Part shown: piece by piece, positions 25,938 through 40,329 of the stretch
How the letters are laid out: each line of letters starts with the position of its first letter
How positions within the stretch are numbered: the stretch's first letter is position 1
NCBI GenBank assembly: GCA_964016885.1
Contig: OZ024741.1
Span: 375,844,001-375,908,000 of the forward strand
Length of the DNA: 64,000 nt
Direction: 5' to 3'
Origin: Eledone cirrhosa
Taxonomy: Eukaryota
Notes under the pieces: generated by a model
What the model saw: the letters and a program-made list of their open reading frames with translations, nothing else
Databases searched by the model: none
What the model was told of the DNA's origin: nothing
Program-made: the position numbers and the translations under genes

Positions 25938-26125
25938 ATTGTTTCTACTTTTGGCACAAGGCCAGCAATTATCCCAGTGCATTACTGGTGCTTTATTTTA
26001 TCGACCCCATAAGAGGGGATGGCAAAGTTAACCTCGATGGGATTTAAACTGAGACCGTAAAGGGCCGTAACTCTATGCTGTAAAGCATAGCGTCCGACCC
26101 TCTACTGATACTGCCAATTTACCGC
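25938..26125 (-). mobile_element. Family-A SINE
   Basis: Same core and tail as 7378-7560. Confidence 0.85.
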
Positions 26126-26199
26126 AGTAAAGTTTTTGTTTTCAAGGAAGCTAACAAATTGAAAACAGAAGCTGATTTGATAGATTATTATAAAGAAAA

Positions 26200-26770
26200 T
26201 AAAAACACAGAAAAAACAGCGACAGAAATTGCTAAAAATATAAAATTCAAATTGAAAACAAGTATCCAGATTGCTAAACCAAAACAATGGCAAGAAAAAC
26301 CCCTACATAGCCTATAGCAAAAAAAAAAAAAAAAAAAAAAGAAATAGAGAGGAAAGTGGACAGGCAAAATTCATAACACTGGTTAAGAAAAACTTGGCTA
26401 AAAACCGAGACAGAAGGATTTCTAATTGCAGCACAAGCTCAAAGCTTTCAACCACAAACCAAAAGATGGTACAGTCATACACCAGAAAAGGTCTCAAAGA
26501 ATGACAAAGCAACCATACTCTGTGATATGCCGAAACACACAAACAGAGATCAAAGCCAACCGACTCGATATTATAGTTAAAGACTACAAAGAAAAAAAGT
26601 CTTAAAATTGGTGTATCTACACGCATAGACGACAATACATCTATCAAGGAAATGGAGAAACTATCCAAATATAAAGATCTAGAAATAGAAATAACCCATA
26701 TGTGGACGATGAAAACAGAAATAATCACTATAATACACAAGTGCTCTTGGAATAATAAAAAAGAGACACA
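26200..26770 (+). mobile_element. Degenerate R4/Dong-like fragment
   Basis: Translates to IAAQAQSF, LCDMP-HTNREIKANRLDIIVKDYKEK and KEMEKLSKYKDLEIEITHMW. Confidence 0.7.
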
Positions 26771-27577
26771 GTGTACTGATGGAGGCGCTGAAATTGTAAA
26801 GTGTATCCTAAAGAGGCAATAATCTGCAGCTCAGAACTATTATCAGAACAAGGATATTTGAAAGTTGTTTATAGACTCCAGAAATTGAAGGGTTCGCCGT
26901 GTTTCGTCGACGCCCACATCATTGTGCTGATCTCCAAGCCTGTATATAATTCATGCTCATCTCCAAGCCTATATATAATTCAAGCATTGACGTTCCACCG
27001 ATAGTATTGCTCAATTGGTAGAACATCGTGAGCAGGTAACAATATTTCAGATTCAAAATTAGTGCAATCCTTATTTATACTTGACTCAGGAAGCTGCACT
27101 AAAACTACGAATTATAGAAAGTTGTGCCCGACACTCTCTAGAATGTATCGCAAAAGGAAGAGCTAGTCCCGGATACATCTGCATGGAATCGTGCAAACCT
27201 TTGAGGCACCACCAACACCTTCGATGAATAGTTCTAACCTTTTTGTGAACGCCTTGAAGTAAATCGTTAATTCTGATTTCAGCAGTTATCTTCAAACACC
27301 AATAGCTGCGACACCCCCTTTCTCGGATCACACAAATGGGAGTACACTAAGTCTGTTGTCCGTTGTAATAGACGCAGTACAAAAGTGTAGAAAACAAGCC
27401 TTATATATAAATATAAAGCTGGAAGGACCAAGAATCCAAACCCGGAAAATTTCTCCCATATTTTAGACACCGTTATCGGATTTTAACAGGATCTGGTTTC
27501 CACTAGCACGAATAACAACAGCCCGTTGAGGTAGAGCACAGTTTAATGATTGAAACCATTATAAGAGTAAAAGAATG

Positions 27578-27578
27578 C

Positions 27579-27622
<44 letters not shown>

Positions 27623-27697
27623 AAGTAGTAGTAGTAGTAGTAGAAGTAGTAGTAGTAGTAGAAGTAGTAGTAGCAACAGCAGCACTAGTAATAGTAG
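27578..27697. repeat. (AGT)n microsatellite
   Basis: Direct observation. Confidence 0.95.
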
Positions 27698-28243
27698 TTT
27701 TATGGGAGAAAAAGAAATAAAAAAACGAGCAAAGAGTTTAACATTTTTTTTATTTATTTATAATAAATTTGTTTGTATTATGAACTGAACATTCTAAAGA
27801 AACTTGTTAGAAATATCTGTTCCCTATTCTTGTGATGTAAATGGCATATGCAGGTGATAGTGTTCTATATGCACTTATAGGCATTATTGTTACTGGAAGA
27901 TCTACAACAATTTTTCAGGTTCGGCTTTAACCAACATATGGAATGATCTGCGAGAGATTTCATTTTAGCTGCTACTATAACTATATCAGTGTGTGATTTT
28001 CTCCTGTGGAATTATCACTGTCGAAAAACATTATATACAGATTAAAATGGAATGAAATAAAATATATAATATATTCTATTAAAATACTATGAAATAAATG
28101 AATAAATAAATAAACGAAAACTCGTTTTACAAAAGCAGGTGTTTTCCTTGAAGCACCAAAAATCAATTTATCATTGTATGTTAGTTTACAGGTTTGTGCT
28201 GTCTCTTTAGATATTGCATTTCTTTCTTTATTGCATTTCTTTC

Positions 28244-28278
<35 letters not shown>

Positions 28279-28875
28279 TTCGTATTTGCTTCTTTCGTTT
28301 TTATCGCCTTTCCTGTCTTTCGATATAATTCGTACTTAAGATTTAATTTATAGTATAAACTCGTTGAATTCTTACGAAAGATAGTTTCACATATTTAAAT
28401 GCTTAATATTAAAAACAAAATGAAACAAAACAAAAGCAATATTTTCCAACTAGATAGTCAATAGTTTCTCGATGTTGACAACTCAGCTGACAGTTGCTAA
28501 AACTCTGATTAATCTCGATTAATATCCAACACATTACAGATAACACTAAATCTACAAATCTTTGACTTTACAAAGCAGAAATACATTAGGCTGGTGTTGA
28601 AACAATACACTAAATTGAAAAGAAAGCCTTTAGTGGTAACCAAACGCCCTATTTAAGGTTGCGATACAATTTTGAATGGTTTAGTCAAATGGAAAGGTGG
28701 AAATGCCAACAACTTTCAATGTCCACATGGAGTTGGTGAGATTCACACCTTGGCTCCCGGATTGAATATTGTAATAAAAACGTGGGCGGAACGTGTCGAA
28801 CTAACGAGATAAGTTCTACATAGTCGCTTCACACGCTTAAAATAACAGCCCAAAATCTTTCACATACGCTATACC

Positions 28876-29070
28876 AAGGGTTCCCAACTTGTGTTTCACG
28901 GAACCTTTACGACTCGTATCAATTACTTTGGGTTCCGTAGCAGTCAAACGTTTTCAAGACTGCTATTTTAATGCTTATTGCCAGAATTGCTGTGATAGTG
29001 TTTTAGGTTCCATGATTTTTCTGTCGAACAGTGAAGGTGCCGCAAGTTAAAAAGGGTTGAGAACTTATGC
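28876..29070. mobile_element. Possible hAT-type MITE
   Basis: Ends caagggttcccaac ... gttgagaacttatg resemble degenerate CAGGGGTTCCCAAC terminal inverted repeats. Confidence 0.4.
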
Positions 29071-30059
29071 ACTATAGTGACTTAAATAAGGACGGATATT
29101 CCGGAGAATGTATTCCGAGGTGAGAGTGTATATCATAGATTTGATTAATCAAGGTTAATTTAGAGATAAACCACAGCAATAACAGTAACAGCAACGTGAA
29201 TAGTAACAACATTCAAAAAGGTTGTAGTTACAACGTGAAAGGATTGCAAACGATGGCTAGTGCAAGAATTGGTGGTGAAACACGTTTTCAAATTTTTAAA
29301 TCTCATCATGTGGGCATTAATTAGAAACCAAATTGCTTTTCAGTTTCATTAAATTTATTTCGAAACAACGAATTTAGTGACACTTGAAAGCAACCTTGCT
29401 TTTTATTGACTCTCGCCATGATGAAATTTGAAAATATTCATGCATATTATATATACGTCTTTTGAGAATTTTGTAAGCTGTTTCTAGTTTCATATGTGTT
29501 CTCGTTAATAGCTATTTAACTTTATATCGAATAACTATAGCTACACCACCTGGAGTTCATAACCTTACGTTTTCCTTTTAGCTATAATAGCTGTCCTATC
29601 TAGATGTTATTTTCAACACAAGAAAATTCATTAGAGGTTTTCTTGAAATGGTTATTAATTAGTATATCTTAAGGCTAGACCACTAAAGATCCACGTGAGT
29701 CTTGATTGGCAACTTAATTACGTTAATTAGCTAGTATTCGTAAGCATGGTGAAACCGCAGTCTGGAAAATTATGCAGGTAAAATGATATTTTTTCCTTAA
29801 ATATATATTTTTGCTTGTTCTTAATCTTAATAGTAATATACATAAGTATTGTACCTAAACCGTCGGTTCTATGCACAATGCTTCTGAGATCGCTGGCTTA
29901 GGATGACCCCGGAGGTAGAAGAAGATTGTAACTAAAGAACATTGTGAATAAATAATGCTCTACAAAATACGGATTTTAGCCTGTATAAAGCATATTTGAG
30001 CTGATTTATGGCATAATATGATTGAAAGAAACTTTATTCTAATCCACTTTTATAATATA

Positions 30060-30993
30060 CTAGCAGTAAAGCCCGGCGTTGCTCGGGGTCGCTCAGTAGC
30101 TGTGTTAAAGTTACAATGTTAAGTTTCTTTCTTGGCTTAAAAACTGTAGTGTCTACTGTGCAGACTTGCATGTGGTGTTTTTGATTAATATTCCCTCAAC
30201 CAACAATATGCCTTATGAAGTTAAGAAAACATAACGATAACCCGAATGTTATAACAAAAGAGGATGCTGGGGATAGAAACTGCACTGGTTATTTATTAAC
30301 AAAGATCGAAAATGTAAACACTGCAACGCAGAGAAAAACATTAGCGTAACCAAATTATCAGTTATGTCTGTCTGCACGCCTATATCACCTCTCTGCACGA
30401 CTGTCTGTCTGCACGTCTATATCACCTCTCTGCACGACTGTCTGTCTGCACGCCTATATCACCTCTCTGCACGACTGTCTGTCTGCACGCCTATATCACC
30501 TCTCTGCACGACTGTCTGTCTGCACGCCTAACGACGAAATATTTGCTTGTTTTACGTAGTCTTTAAATAGACTTGTTTTCAAGTAAAAATATTGTTTTAA
30601 AATGCTTTTAAATGGAAATGAAGCAAAACGGAAGCTTAGTGTTCGAACTGATGAATTTTGCAGGTCAATATTTTGCTGGCTCGACAACTGTTCGTGTATT
30701 GTGTTAATGTCATTTTAAACGCTGAGAAAGCCAGCGTAATGTTTTACGTAAGACGCTCAATGTAAACAGAACAAAGGGAAATAACTGATAACTTACGCTC
30801 AAAAATCGATACATTATATTCGATTTCGTCACATAGGGTGGGTCAATTTGAAATATTTTTTTTCCGATGTCTTCGCTAGGGCTCAATGTACAAGTATAGC
30901 AATTTCGGTGCAATTCCGTCAGAGATTCTAAGAGGAGATGTGTGCCAAAAATCGATAGACAGACAGACAACCACAGTTTTATATATATATATA
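30060..30993 (-). mobile_element. Non-autonomous Helitron with internal minisatellite
   Basis: 3' hairpin cccgagcaacgccggg plus CTAG|t at 30060; 5' (TA)n-AAAACTGTGGTTGTCTGTCTGTCT. Confidence 0.78.
30365..30530. repeat. 37-bp minisatellite, about 4.5 copies
   Basis: Unit ctatatcacctctctgcacgactgtctgtctgcacgc. Confidence 0.92.
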
Positions 30994-31078
30994 AACAACA
31001 CAGTACCTATATATATATATATATATAATAAAGCATATATTTTGATTATGTGAATATCTTTCATTTGTTAATATTTTG

Positions 31079-31174
<96 letters not shown>

Positions 31175-32389
31175 CCCCCGCAAACTACAAATTAAATCCA
31201 TCCCAAACGAACCAGAGACACAAAGACACCTCAGGGAAAGAATGGCACTTGATAACATAAAAACCGAAATTGAACTCCTTAAATTGAGAGCCCAAGCAAA
31301 TGAAGATAGGATCAAATCAATCGACGATGAGATTAATCTAGCAATTATCAATACAACCAAAAAACACCACCCTAGAAAATATTTCAAACTTATGGTTAGA
31401 GGACTGTAATAAGGAAGAATTAAAATCCCTTCAACGCTGGGAAATAAACGAAACCTGGTTCTCTAACTATGAAACACTTTTCCAAAAAGAATACACATCC
31501 AAAAATCCCTTCATTAAAACCATAATAACAAGAAAACTCAATCAACATCCAAACACCACACAACAACCAACAACAACAAAAATACAATACCTCCCCACAT
31601 ACCAACAAAATAAGTCATCACCTCGCCCCTACCTCCTACATCCTCCACACAACTACCACACGGACTCCCAAGCAACAAATATTATAATAGAGAAACATCA
31701 GCTACAAGATCGACACTACAACTTCTCTACCACCAGGAGAAACCATAAAATGCCCCAGACTTACAACCCCCTAACATCCCCACACAACAAACCCACAACC
31801 ATCAGTGCTTCCAACATAGAACACAAAATACACAACTACCACACATGTCACACAGAGCCTCACAACCACACACCAGCTATAAGGAAACCCTAATCTACCC
31901 TCCCCCACTAACCACATCCTACTACAACAACACCAGCAGGGGACAATACAACCACACGAGACACCATAACCACTACAACCACCATAGCTACACACCATAT
32001 AACAGCAACAACAGGACTCAATATGACCACACAAGACAACCCTACTACAACTACCACCAAGTCTACACACCCTACAACAACAGCAGTGCTCAACACAACC
32101 ATACGATACAACCCAACTTCAACAACCACCACAACTTCACACCCTTTAACCACGTCCATCAAATCTACACACCCTACAACAACATCAGCAGGGCTCAATA
32201 CAACCACACGATACAACCTAAACTCAACAACCACCACAGCTACACACCATCTTACAACAACAGCAGGGACTAATACAACTATAAGAGACATCCAAACTTC
32301 AACAACCATCACAACTTCCGTAATCATTTTTTAGACACAGCACACAGACACAGGATTACAAGATAACACAAAACACATAGGAGACACAA

Positions 32390-34627
32390 AATGCAATAAA
32401 AATTGTCAATTTAACCTCTAAAGAAATAACAATAGACCAAATCAACATACGCTCCAAAGGTCTAAAATTTACACCAACTCCCCAACAATCAAACTACCCC
32501 GAAATGAAGGAAGATATTGCAGAATTCTGTAGAAAATTAAGACTCAGCGAACAACTATACGACAAATACAATGCGGATGAGTCAATAGCCAGAAATAGAA
32601 GCAACTACACCCCACCAAAATCAAGAATAAATTCCTCGATCAATTCTGTGAACACATTACTAATTACCCATACCACCATCTACACAGACACAAACAAAAA
32701 TCAAACCTAAGCAAAAAAGAATGGAATGGTCTTAACAGTCTAAAAAACGACAAAACCCTAACAATCAAAGAGGCAGATAAAGGGAGTGCAGTAGTCCTTA
32801 TGAAGACAGATTATTACACAACTCTAGTACTCTCAACTATAGAAAACCAAACATATTATGAAAAGGCCCAAAACTACACACAACAGAAAATAATGAGAAA
32901 CCTAAAATCCCTAACAACCCTTTACAAAGAAGGCCTTACAGACAAGGAATACAACTACATCACCAATTTCAAAAGCAGAACCAGCCTCTTCTACGGTATC
33001 GCCAAGACACAAAAGCGAAGTAATAGGTAGGGCCTGCAAGCAAGCCACAGACGTTTACATCAATATAGCCCCTCCTGATGACCTTAAATTAAGACCCATA
33101 ATAGCAGGAACCACATGTGAAACCCACCGCCTAAGCAACCTCCTACATATTCTGCTTAAACCTTTCCTAAAACACATAAAAAGCTTCATAAGGGACGACC
33201 TTGACATGCTCAACCACCTCCCAACAACACTTAATAATGAACATACCCTACTAGTAACCTTTGATGTCATCAATTTATATTCCAATATCCCACACAACCT
33301 AGGTATAGAGGCAATACAATTCCACAGCGGATCCCTAAAGAATTTATGTTGGAGGGACTCAAATTCATCTTGGATACAATTTTTTCGAATTCAATGCCAA
33401 ATACTACAGACAGAAATCTGGGACTGCCTTGTGCACGAAAGTGGCCCCTCATACGCCAACCTTGTCATAGGATATTTGGAAACCATTCTCTACCGCAAAG
33501 TTCTAGACAAATAGGGCAACCACTTCTACCAACACATAGAAAAGAACTGGAAGAGATATCTGGATGACTGCTTCATCCTCTGGCATGAAAGTATAGATAG
33601 ACTGTTTGAGTTCAAAACCCTTCTGAATGGACTCAACACAAACTTACAATTCACAATGGATTACAGCCATGAACAACTCCCTTTCCTCGACATCCTCATC
33701 AAGAAAACAAGCAACAAAATAGAAACAGACATATACTACAAACCCACAGACTCCAAACAATACCTTCCATTCAACTCATGCCACCCTAGACACACCAAAA
33801 TGGCAATTCCTTATAACCTAGCCAGAAGGATCTGCACAATAGTTTCAGATAAATACACATGCTACACACGACTAGAAGAAATAAAAACACACTTATCAGC
33901 AGAAACTACCCACCATCCCTAATCACCAATGGATTCCAACGTGCCCTAAAACTAGACATCCAGGAACTCAGACACCCCAAACACAGGAATGAACCGCAAC
34001 AAAAAACTCTACCATACATCTCCTCCAAACACAACCCCCTCAACAATGAGTTATTCGACACCATCCTCCAGAACATTCCTTTACTAAAAAGAGACCCAAG
34101 AATGAACAAAATCCTCCAAACACACATCATAAAGAGCAAAAGACAACCTAAATCCATAAAAAACATCCTCACACAAGCCAAAATCCAACAAATCCTCACA
34201 ATGAACCCTACAGTAACAAAATGCGGACGGCCCAACTGTGCATAAATCTAATAGAAGGTTCAACATTCCATTTTAAACAAGGACAGCGTTTCACAGTTAA
34301 ACACAACTTTACATGTGCATCTGAAAACCTAATCTATGTTTTGACCTGCTCAAGTTGTCAAGAGCACTACATAGGACAGACAAAAAAAACAGCCTCCGTC
34401 AACGTATGACCATCCATAAATCACAAATTATAATACAGGAATACAGAAAGATTGCATTTAGTGAACATATCCTCAATTGTGCTCACAACCAACATCCAAA
34501 CTTTAAAATTTTCCCCATTTACAAATTCATAGACAACGCTACTTTCATCCAACGTACCAATAAGGAAACATATTTCATTAACAAATTCCAACCCCTACTT
34601 AATGCTCTAAAAATCGGACCAATCTAA
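32390..34627 (+). pseudogene. PLE reverse transcriptase plus GIY-YIG endonuclease, frameshifted
   Basis: KGLKFTPTP; IKEADKGSAVVLM; RPIIAG; FDVINLYSNIPH; WKRYLDDCF; LPFLDILI; YYKPTDSKQYL...SCHP; CASENLIYVLTCSSCQEHYIGQT; LRQRMTIH. Confidence 0.9.
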
Positions 34628-35035
34628 AACTGCAACAAACAATCAAATATTTACAAGAGTTACCTCCCTCACATGCTACCTAAATCTTTTTCTTAAATAA
34701 ATTAAATATCATCCAGCAACAATTGCCTCCCCCTGCATATTAACTCTCTAAAAAGGGAAACCATATCAAACCTCAGTCCACCATTTGCCTCCATCATGGA
34801 ATCATGGATCAATTAAATACTCTTGCTATATTAACACATTTTGATCTGCTTAACTTCAATAACTATGCCTGTAAATAACATTATTTTTTCTTCCACATTG
34901 ACTTTTTATGCTCTACATTATGTACGTTTTTTTTTCTTTTTGTTTTTTCTTTTCACTTCATAAACCTTGTTTGTAAATAACATTATTCTTTCTGCACCTT
35001 CTGTTTAACATGTATGACACCACACTAATATATTT

Positions 35036-35085
35036 CACTATCATTTGATAATGCATAAAAATGCTGAAACCGGTAATAAACAATA
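35036..35085 (+). ncRNA. Degenerate hammerhead motif at PLE 3' end
   Basis: tTGATaA-tgcat aaaa atgct-GAAA-ccg-GTA. Palindromic ACCGGT stem III; core mutated. Confidence 0.55.
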
Positions 35086-35407
35086 ATTAAATATATAAAT
35101 AGATAAATAAATGCCATTGTTAATTAAAAAATAAATCAACTAATACCTTAACACTTCACACAAAGTAAAACATTTCGTTTTAATCATTTTCTAACCCAGA
35201 AAAAAGAGAGAGAGAAACAAAAAAGAAAAAAAATATATTTTTCTTCCTAATAATCGTTTCTTTTCCCCTGTTTTCATATATATATATGATAAGACATATA
35301 CTCCATTTCCTCTCCCAATTAGCATAATCAACCACACAAAAAACCAATTAAACCAGGCTATACGATTAAAAGGCACCTATGAAGAAATAATAGATAAATA
35401 AACGACA

Positions 35408-35486
<79 letters not shown>

Positions 35487-35573
35487 ATTCCGTCGGAAAA
35501 TTCCAGGAAAAAAGAGTGCTCTATGTAGGTAACAGAGCTTAATTATTATTATGTAATAAACAACATAAGGCAA

Positions 35574-35639
35574 TTATTCCATTTACCAGTGGTTTCTTAA
35601 AAGCAAAAGGTTTTGCTTTCAATCCTCAGAATGAAAAAA
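35574..35639 (-). ncRNA. Hammerhead ribozyme (type I, intact core, GUA site)
   Basis: tttttcatt-CTGAGGA-ttgaaagcaaaa cc ttttgcttttaa-GAAA-ccactg-GTA-aatggaa. Confidence 0.8.
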
Positions 35640-35788
35640 TCCTGGTTTGTTTATTGAATTTGGATTTTAAAAACAAAAATGCAATCTATATGAAAGTGAG
35701 GCCGGAGAAGGAAGAAGGAAAGGAAAAATAAAATAAAACTACACATGCAAACACACACACAAAAAAACACAAAAGCATACATACACAT

Positions 35789-35857
<69 letters not shown>

Positions 35858-35940
35858 CACATATATATACATACACATATATACACATACACATACATAC
35901 ACATAACCTCATACATATACACACACACACACACACACAC

Positions 35941-36033
<93 letters not shown>

Positions 36034-36436
36034 TATATATATATATATGTGTGTACAAGCATACACATACACAAACATAGCCATACACACACACATATAC
36101 ATACATACATTCACACATTCATACATATATACACACGTACATACACATACATAAATGCACTCCTCTACATATTCACACACGCAAATAAATATAAGAAAAA
36201 AAATATATATATTAAACATTTTTGACACCGATACATAAGGCAGCTAACTGGACAGACACGCGTGGTAAGTAATACACACAAATGCACGTATACATACGTA
36301 CGAAATAGTAAATACATACACACACTCTCACACATAAATATACATATACAAATACATAAACACATACATACACATACATGCACAAACACGCACACGTATA
36401 CAATATATACACACACATATGTATATGTAATTATAT

Positions 36437-36523
<87 letters not shown>

Positions 36524-36685
36524 AATATAAACACACACACACACACATATATGTATACATACACACACATATACATACATAGCTATACAATTATACACAT
36601 ACAAATACGTACATATCATAAACACGCACAACCAAATGCAAAAACACACACACACACATACATATATATATACACACGCACATAT

Positions 36686-36796
<111 letters not shown>

Positions 36797-36917
36797 CATA
36801 TATATACATATGCATACACATACATGTGTGTATGTGTAAAACTCAGTCTTAGATAATTCATATGAACCTTACATATACATATATATAGTAGTAAAGTAAT
36901 AAAGCAACATAAGGCAA

Positions 36918-36982
36918 TTATTCCATTCATCAGTGGTTTCTTAAAAGCAAAAATTTTTCCTTCAATCTTCAGAATGAAAAAA
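36918..36982 (-). ncRNA. Hammerhead ribozyme copy with mutated site (AUG)
   Basis: CTGAAGA...GAAA-ccactg-ATG-aatggaa. Confidence 0.65.
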
Positions 36983-37133
36983 ACCTGGTCTATTCACATA
37001 TACATACATATACACACACAAATATATACATATATATACACATACACATACACACACATACATATATATATATATACATACATATATACATATATATATA
37101 TACACACAAATATACATACACATACACATAGGT

Positions 37134-37352
37134 GAAGGCGTGTGGCTGAGTGGTTAGAGAATTGGATTCGCAATCGTAAGGTTGTGAGTTCGATTCCTGG
37201 ACCAGGCGATCCGTTATGTCCTTGAGCAAGACACTTTATTTCACGTTGCTCCTTCTACCTGGAGTTGCGACCGATAGATAGTATTAGCAATTGGAAAGAC
37301 CAACGGAAACATTGTTCCCTCGGTCCGATTTGACGAAAGTCGATCGTTTAAG
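37134..37352 (+). mobile_element. Family-B tRNA-derived SINE with 12-bp target-site duplication
   Basis: A box tggctgagtgg and B box gagttcgattcc. ATACACATAGGT at 37122-37133 and 37353-37364. Confidence 0.92.
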
Positions 37353-37530
37353 ATACACATAGGTATGTGAAGGGCAAGGCAAAAAATAATATATGGGGGG
37401 GACGGGGGACATAAGAGAAGGTGAAATATAAGGGGGGGTAAGGGAGAAAAAAAAAATAAATATACAAGAGTACAGAACGTAGAATCAGCAAAATAAAAAC
37501 CGTAGCAGCAGTAAAGAGCAGGAAAGGAGT

Positions 37531-38238
37531 TCAAGGCGGTTGATTTATTATAGGAGTGTCAATCCAGTTGCAGATCAGATGCGATTTCAGATGAGGACAG
37601 CATCTGAAGATCTCAGTCTTTGAGTTAAGGCAAGCGGAAGTGGCTCTCAAGTTTAGCAAAATCCTATACTTTTCTGTGGTACACAAAGAACAATTCTTTG
37701 TGCCCCTTTGGTACTCCCTCGAATGGTCTAATATAGACCAATCAATAGAGTACGGGATGTTACTATCCTTGAGTTCCCACACCTTACTTGCGAGGGCCGT
37801 TGATGTTCGTTTATCGGGGTGCTTAAAAGAAGCGACATGTGAGTAAAATCTGGTTTTAAACCTGTCCTGGGTCATACTGACATATCGCTCACTCCTGGCT
37901 GGCTGGTTGTTGATTACCGGTGTTATCTTAGCCTCATAAACGACAGATTTGGTGTTACATTTACCCTGCAATGGGCATTCATCCGGCTTCCTGCAACTGC
38001 ATCCTGGATTTATTTTCGTACGGTTTGAACTGGTGATTTTGGACTTCATAGATGGGCAACAAGAGTAGCTGATCTTAACTACGTTCCTATTAAAAATCTT
38101 ATAATATCTATGATTAGGAGGAAAATGTTTGTCTAATAGTTCAAGGAATTTCCTTCCTACATTAGTTTTGACAGTTAGAGAGAAGGGGTGTGTGAACCAA
38201 ATAATCTTCCTTTTCCTGTTATTGTGGTTAGTTTTAGG
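37531..38238 (-). pseudogene. PLE C-terminal region with GIY-YIG endonuclease (5'-truncated)
   Basis: RKRKIIWFTHPFS...KISYSC...CSCRKPDECPLQGKCNTKSVVYEAKI...YVSMTQDRFKTRFYSH...CSLCTTEK...LNSKTEIFRCCPH. Confidence 0.88.
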
Positions 38239-38483
38239 GGAAAAGGAAGATTATTTGGTTCACCTCCCCTTATATTTCACCTTCTCTTATGTCCCCCACC
38301 CCATATATTATTTTTTGCCTTGCCCTTCACATACCTATGTGTATGTGTATGTATATTTGTGTGTATATATATATATGTATATATGTATGTATATATATAT
38401 ATATGTATGTGTGTGTATGTGTATGTGTATATATATGTATATATTTGTGTGTGTATATGTATGTATATGTGGATAGACCAGGT

Positions 38484-38549
38484 TTTTTTCATTCTGAAGA
38501 TTGAAGGAAAAATTTTTTGCTTTTAAGAAACCACTGGTGAATGGAATAA
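38484..38549 (+). ncRNA. Hammerhead ribozyme copy with mutated site (GUG)
   Basis: CTGAAGA at 38494, GAAA at 38527, GTG at 38537. Confidence 0.65.
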
Positions 38550-38673
38550 TTGCTTATGTTGCTTTATTACTTTACTACTATATATATGTATATGTAAGGT
38601 TCATATGAATTATCTAAGACTGAGTTTTACACATACACACATGTATGTGTATGCATATGTATATATATGTATG

Positions 38674-38741
<68 letters not shown>

Positions 38742-38906
38742 TGTGTGTGTATATGTGCGTGTGTATATATATATGTATGTGTGTGTGTGTGTTTGTATTT
38801 GGTTGTGCGTGTTTATGATATGTACGTATTTGTATGTGTATAATTGTATAGCTATGTATGTATATGTGTGTGTATGTATACATATATGTGTGTGTGTATT
38901 TATATT

Positions 38907-38949
<43 letters not shown>

Positions 38950-39336
38950 ATATAATTACATATACATATGTGTGTGTATATATTGTATACGTGTGCGTGT
39001 TTGTGCATGTATGTGTATGTATGTGTTTATGTATTTGTATATGTATATTTATGTGTGAGAGTGTGTGTATGTATTTACTATTTCGTACGTATGTATACGT
39101 GCATTTATGTGTATTACTTACCACGCGTGTCTGTCCAGTTAGCTGCCTTATGTATCGGTGTCAAAAATTTTTAATATATATATATTTTTTTCTTATATTT
39201 ATTTGCGTGTGTGAATATGTAAAGGTGTACATTTATGTATGTGTATGTATGTACGTGTGTATATATGTATGAATGTGTGAATGTATGTATGTATATGTGT
39301 GTGTGTATGGCTATGTTTGTGTATGTGTATGCTTGT

Positions 39337-39376
<40 letters not shown>

Positions 39377-39487
39377 GTGTATATATATATATATGTGTAT
39401 ACATGTGTGTGTGTGTGTGTATGTATGAGGTTATGTGTATGTATTTGTATGTGTATATATGTGTATGTATATATATGTGTATATGTA

Positions 39488-39564
<77 letters not shown>

Positions 39565-39707
39565 ATGCATGCTTTTGTGTTTTTTTGTGTGTGTGTTTGC
39601 ATGTGTAGTTTTATTTTATTTTTCCTTTCCTTCTTCCTTCTCCAGCCTCACTTTCATATAGATTGCATTTTTGTTTTTAAAATCCAAATTCAATAAACAA
39701 ACCAGGA

Positions 39708-39773
39708 TTTTTTCATTCTGAGGATTGAAAGCAAAACCTTTTGCTTTTAAGAAACCACTGGTAAATGGAATAA
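39708..39773 (+). ncRNA. Hammerhead ribozyme (type I, intact core, GUA site)
   Basis: CTGAGGA at 39718, long stem II, GAAA at 39751, ccactg, GTA at 39761, stem I 3' arm aatggaa. Confidence 0.8.
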
Positions 39774-39802
39774 TTGCCTTATGTTGTTTATTACATAATA
39801 AT

Positions 39803-39872
<70 letters not shown>

Positions 39873-40329
39873 ATGTGTGTGTGTGTGTGTGTGTTCGTGT
39901 GTATGTGTGTGTATGTAAAAGGTAAACAGAAATAACAACACAATCGATACAGTATATGGAAGGAATATTTTAGTTTAACGCTTGAAATAGCTGGAAAAGG
40001 GCCTTACCCTTTCAGAAACTAGTCCTTCATCAGAAGAAAGTATGAGAAATTAGAAAGATTGAAGGGACGAGTAGGGCGGAATCGGAAAAATACCCACATT
40101 TGTTTATCTTCCCTAAGATACTATTGATGCACTGGTGGTGAATAGTCCTGTCTTTGGAAGCAACGGAAACCTCAATGATCACCAGAAATCAACTGATGAG
40201 TGAGAATTGTCTATGTGCTTGTCCCTTCCGACTTTTCTGTTTCCTGTACGTGTCCCACGTGTTTATATATATATCTCATTTGATGACGGAATATGTGTGG
40301 GGTAAATTAATTTAGAGCAGCTAAAAACA

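Larger units (their letters stand above)
31174..35160 (+). mobile_element. Penelope-like element (Neptune-like), long and decayed
   Basis: N/H/Y-rich repetitive N-terminal region, RT and GIY-YIG, then a 3' region with a degenerate HHR. Confidence 0.88.

Noticed and set aside
26780-27560. Unique-looking region with short ORFs and splice-like sites
   Set aside because: No recognisable domain, and stops occur in all frames within about 250 bp.
30365-30530. 37-bp repeat resembling a CRISPR repeat in length
   Set aside because: Units are contiguous with no unique spacers, no cas genes are present, and it lies inside a Helitron.
37134-37205. tRNA-like sequence with A and B boxes
   Set aside because: It is the head of a SINE with body and TSD, not a tRNA gene.
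39965-40040. Minus-strand CTGATGA...GAAA motif
   Set aside because: Stem I does not pair in the obvious register. At best a decayed HHR, so not called as a feature.
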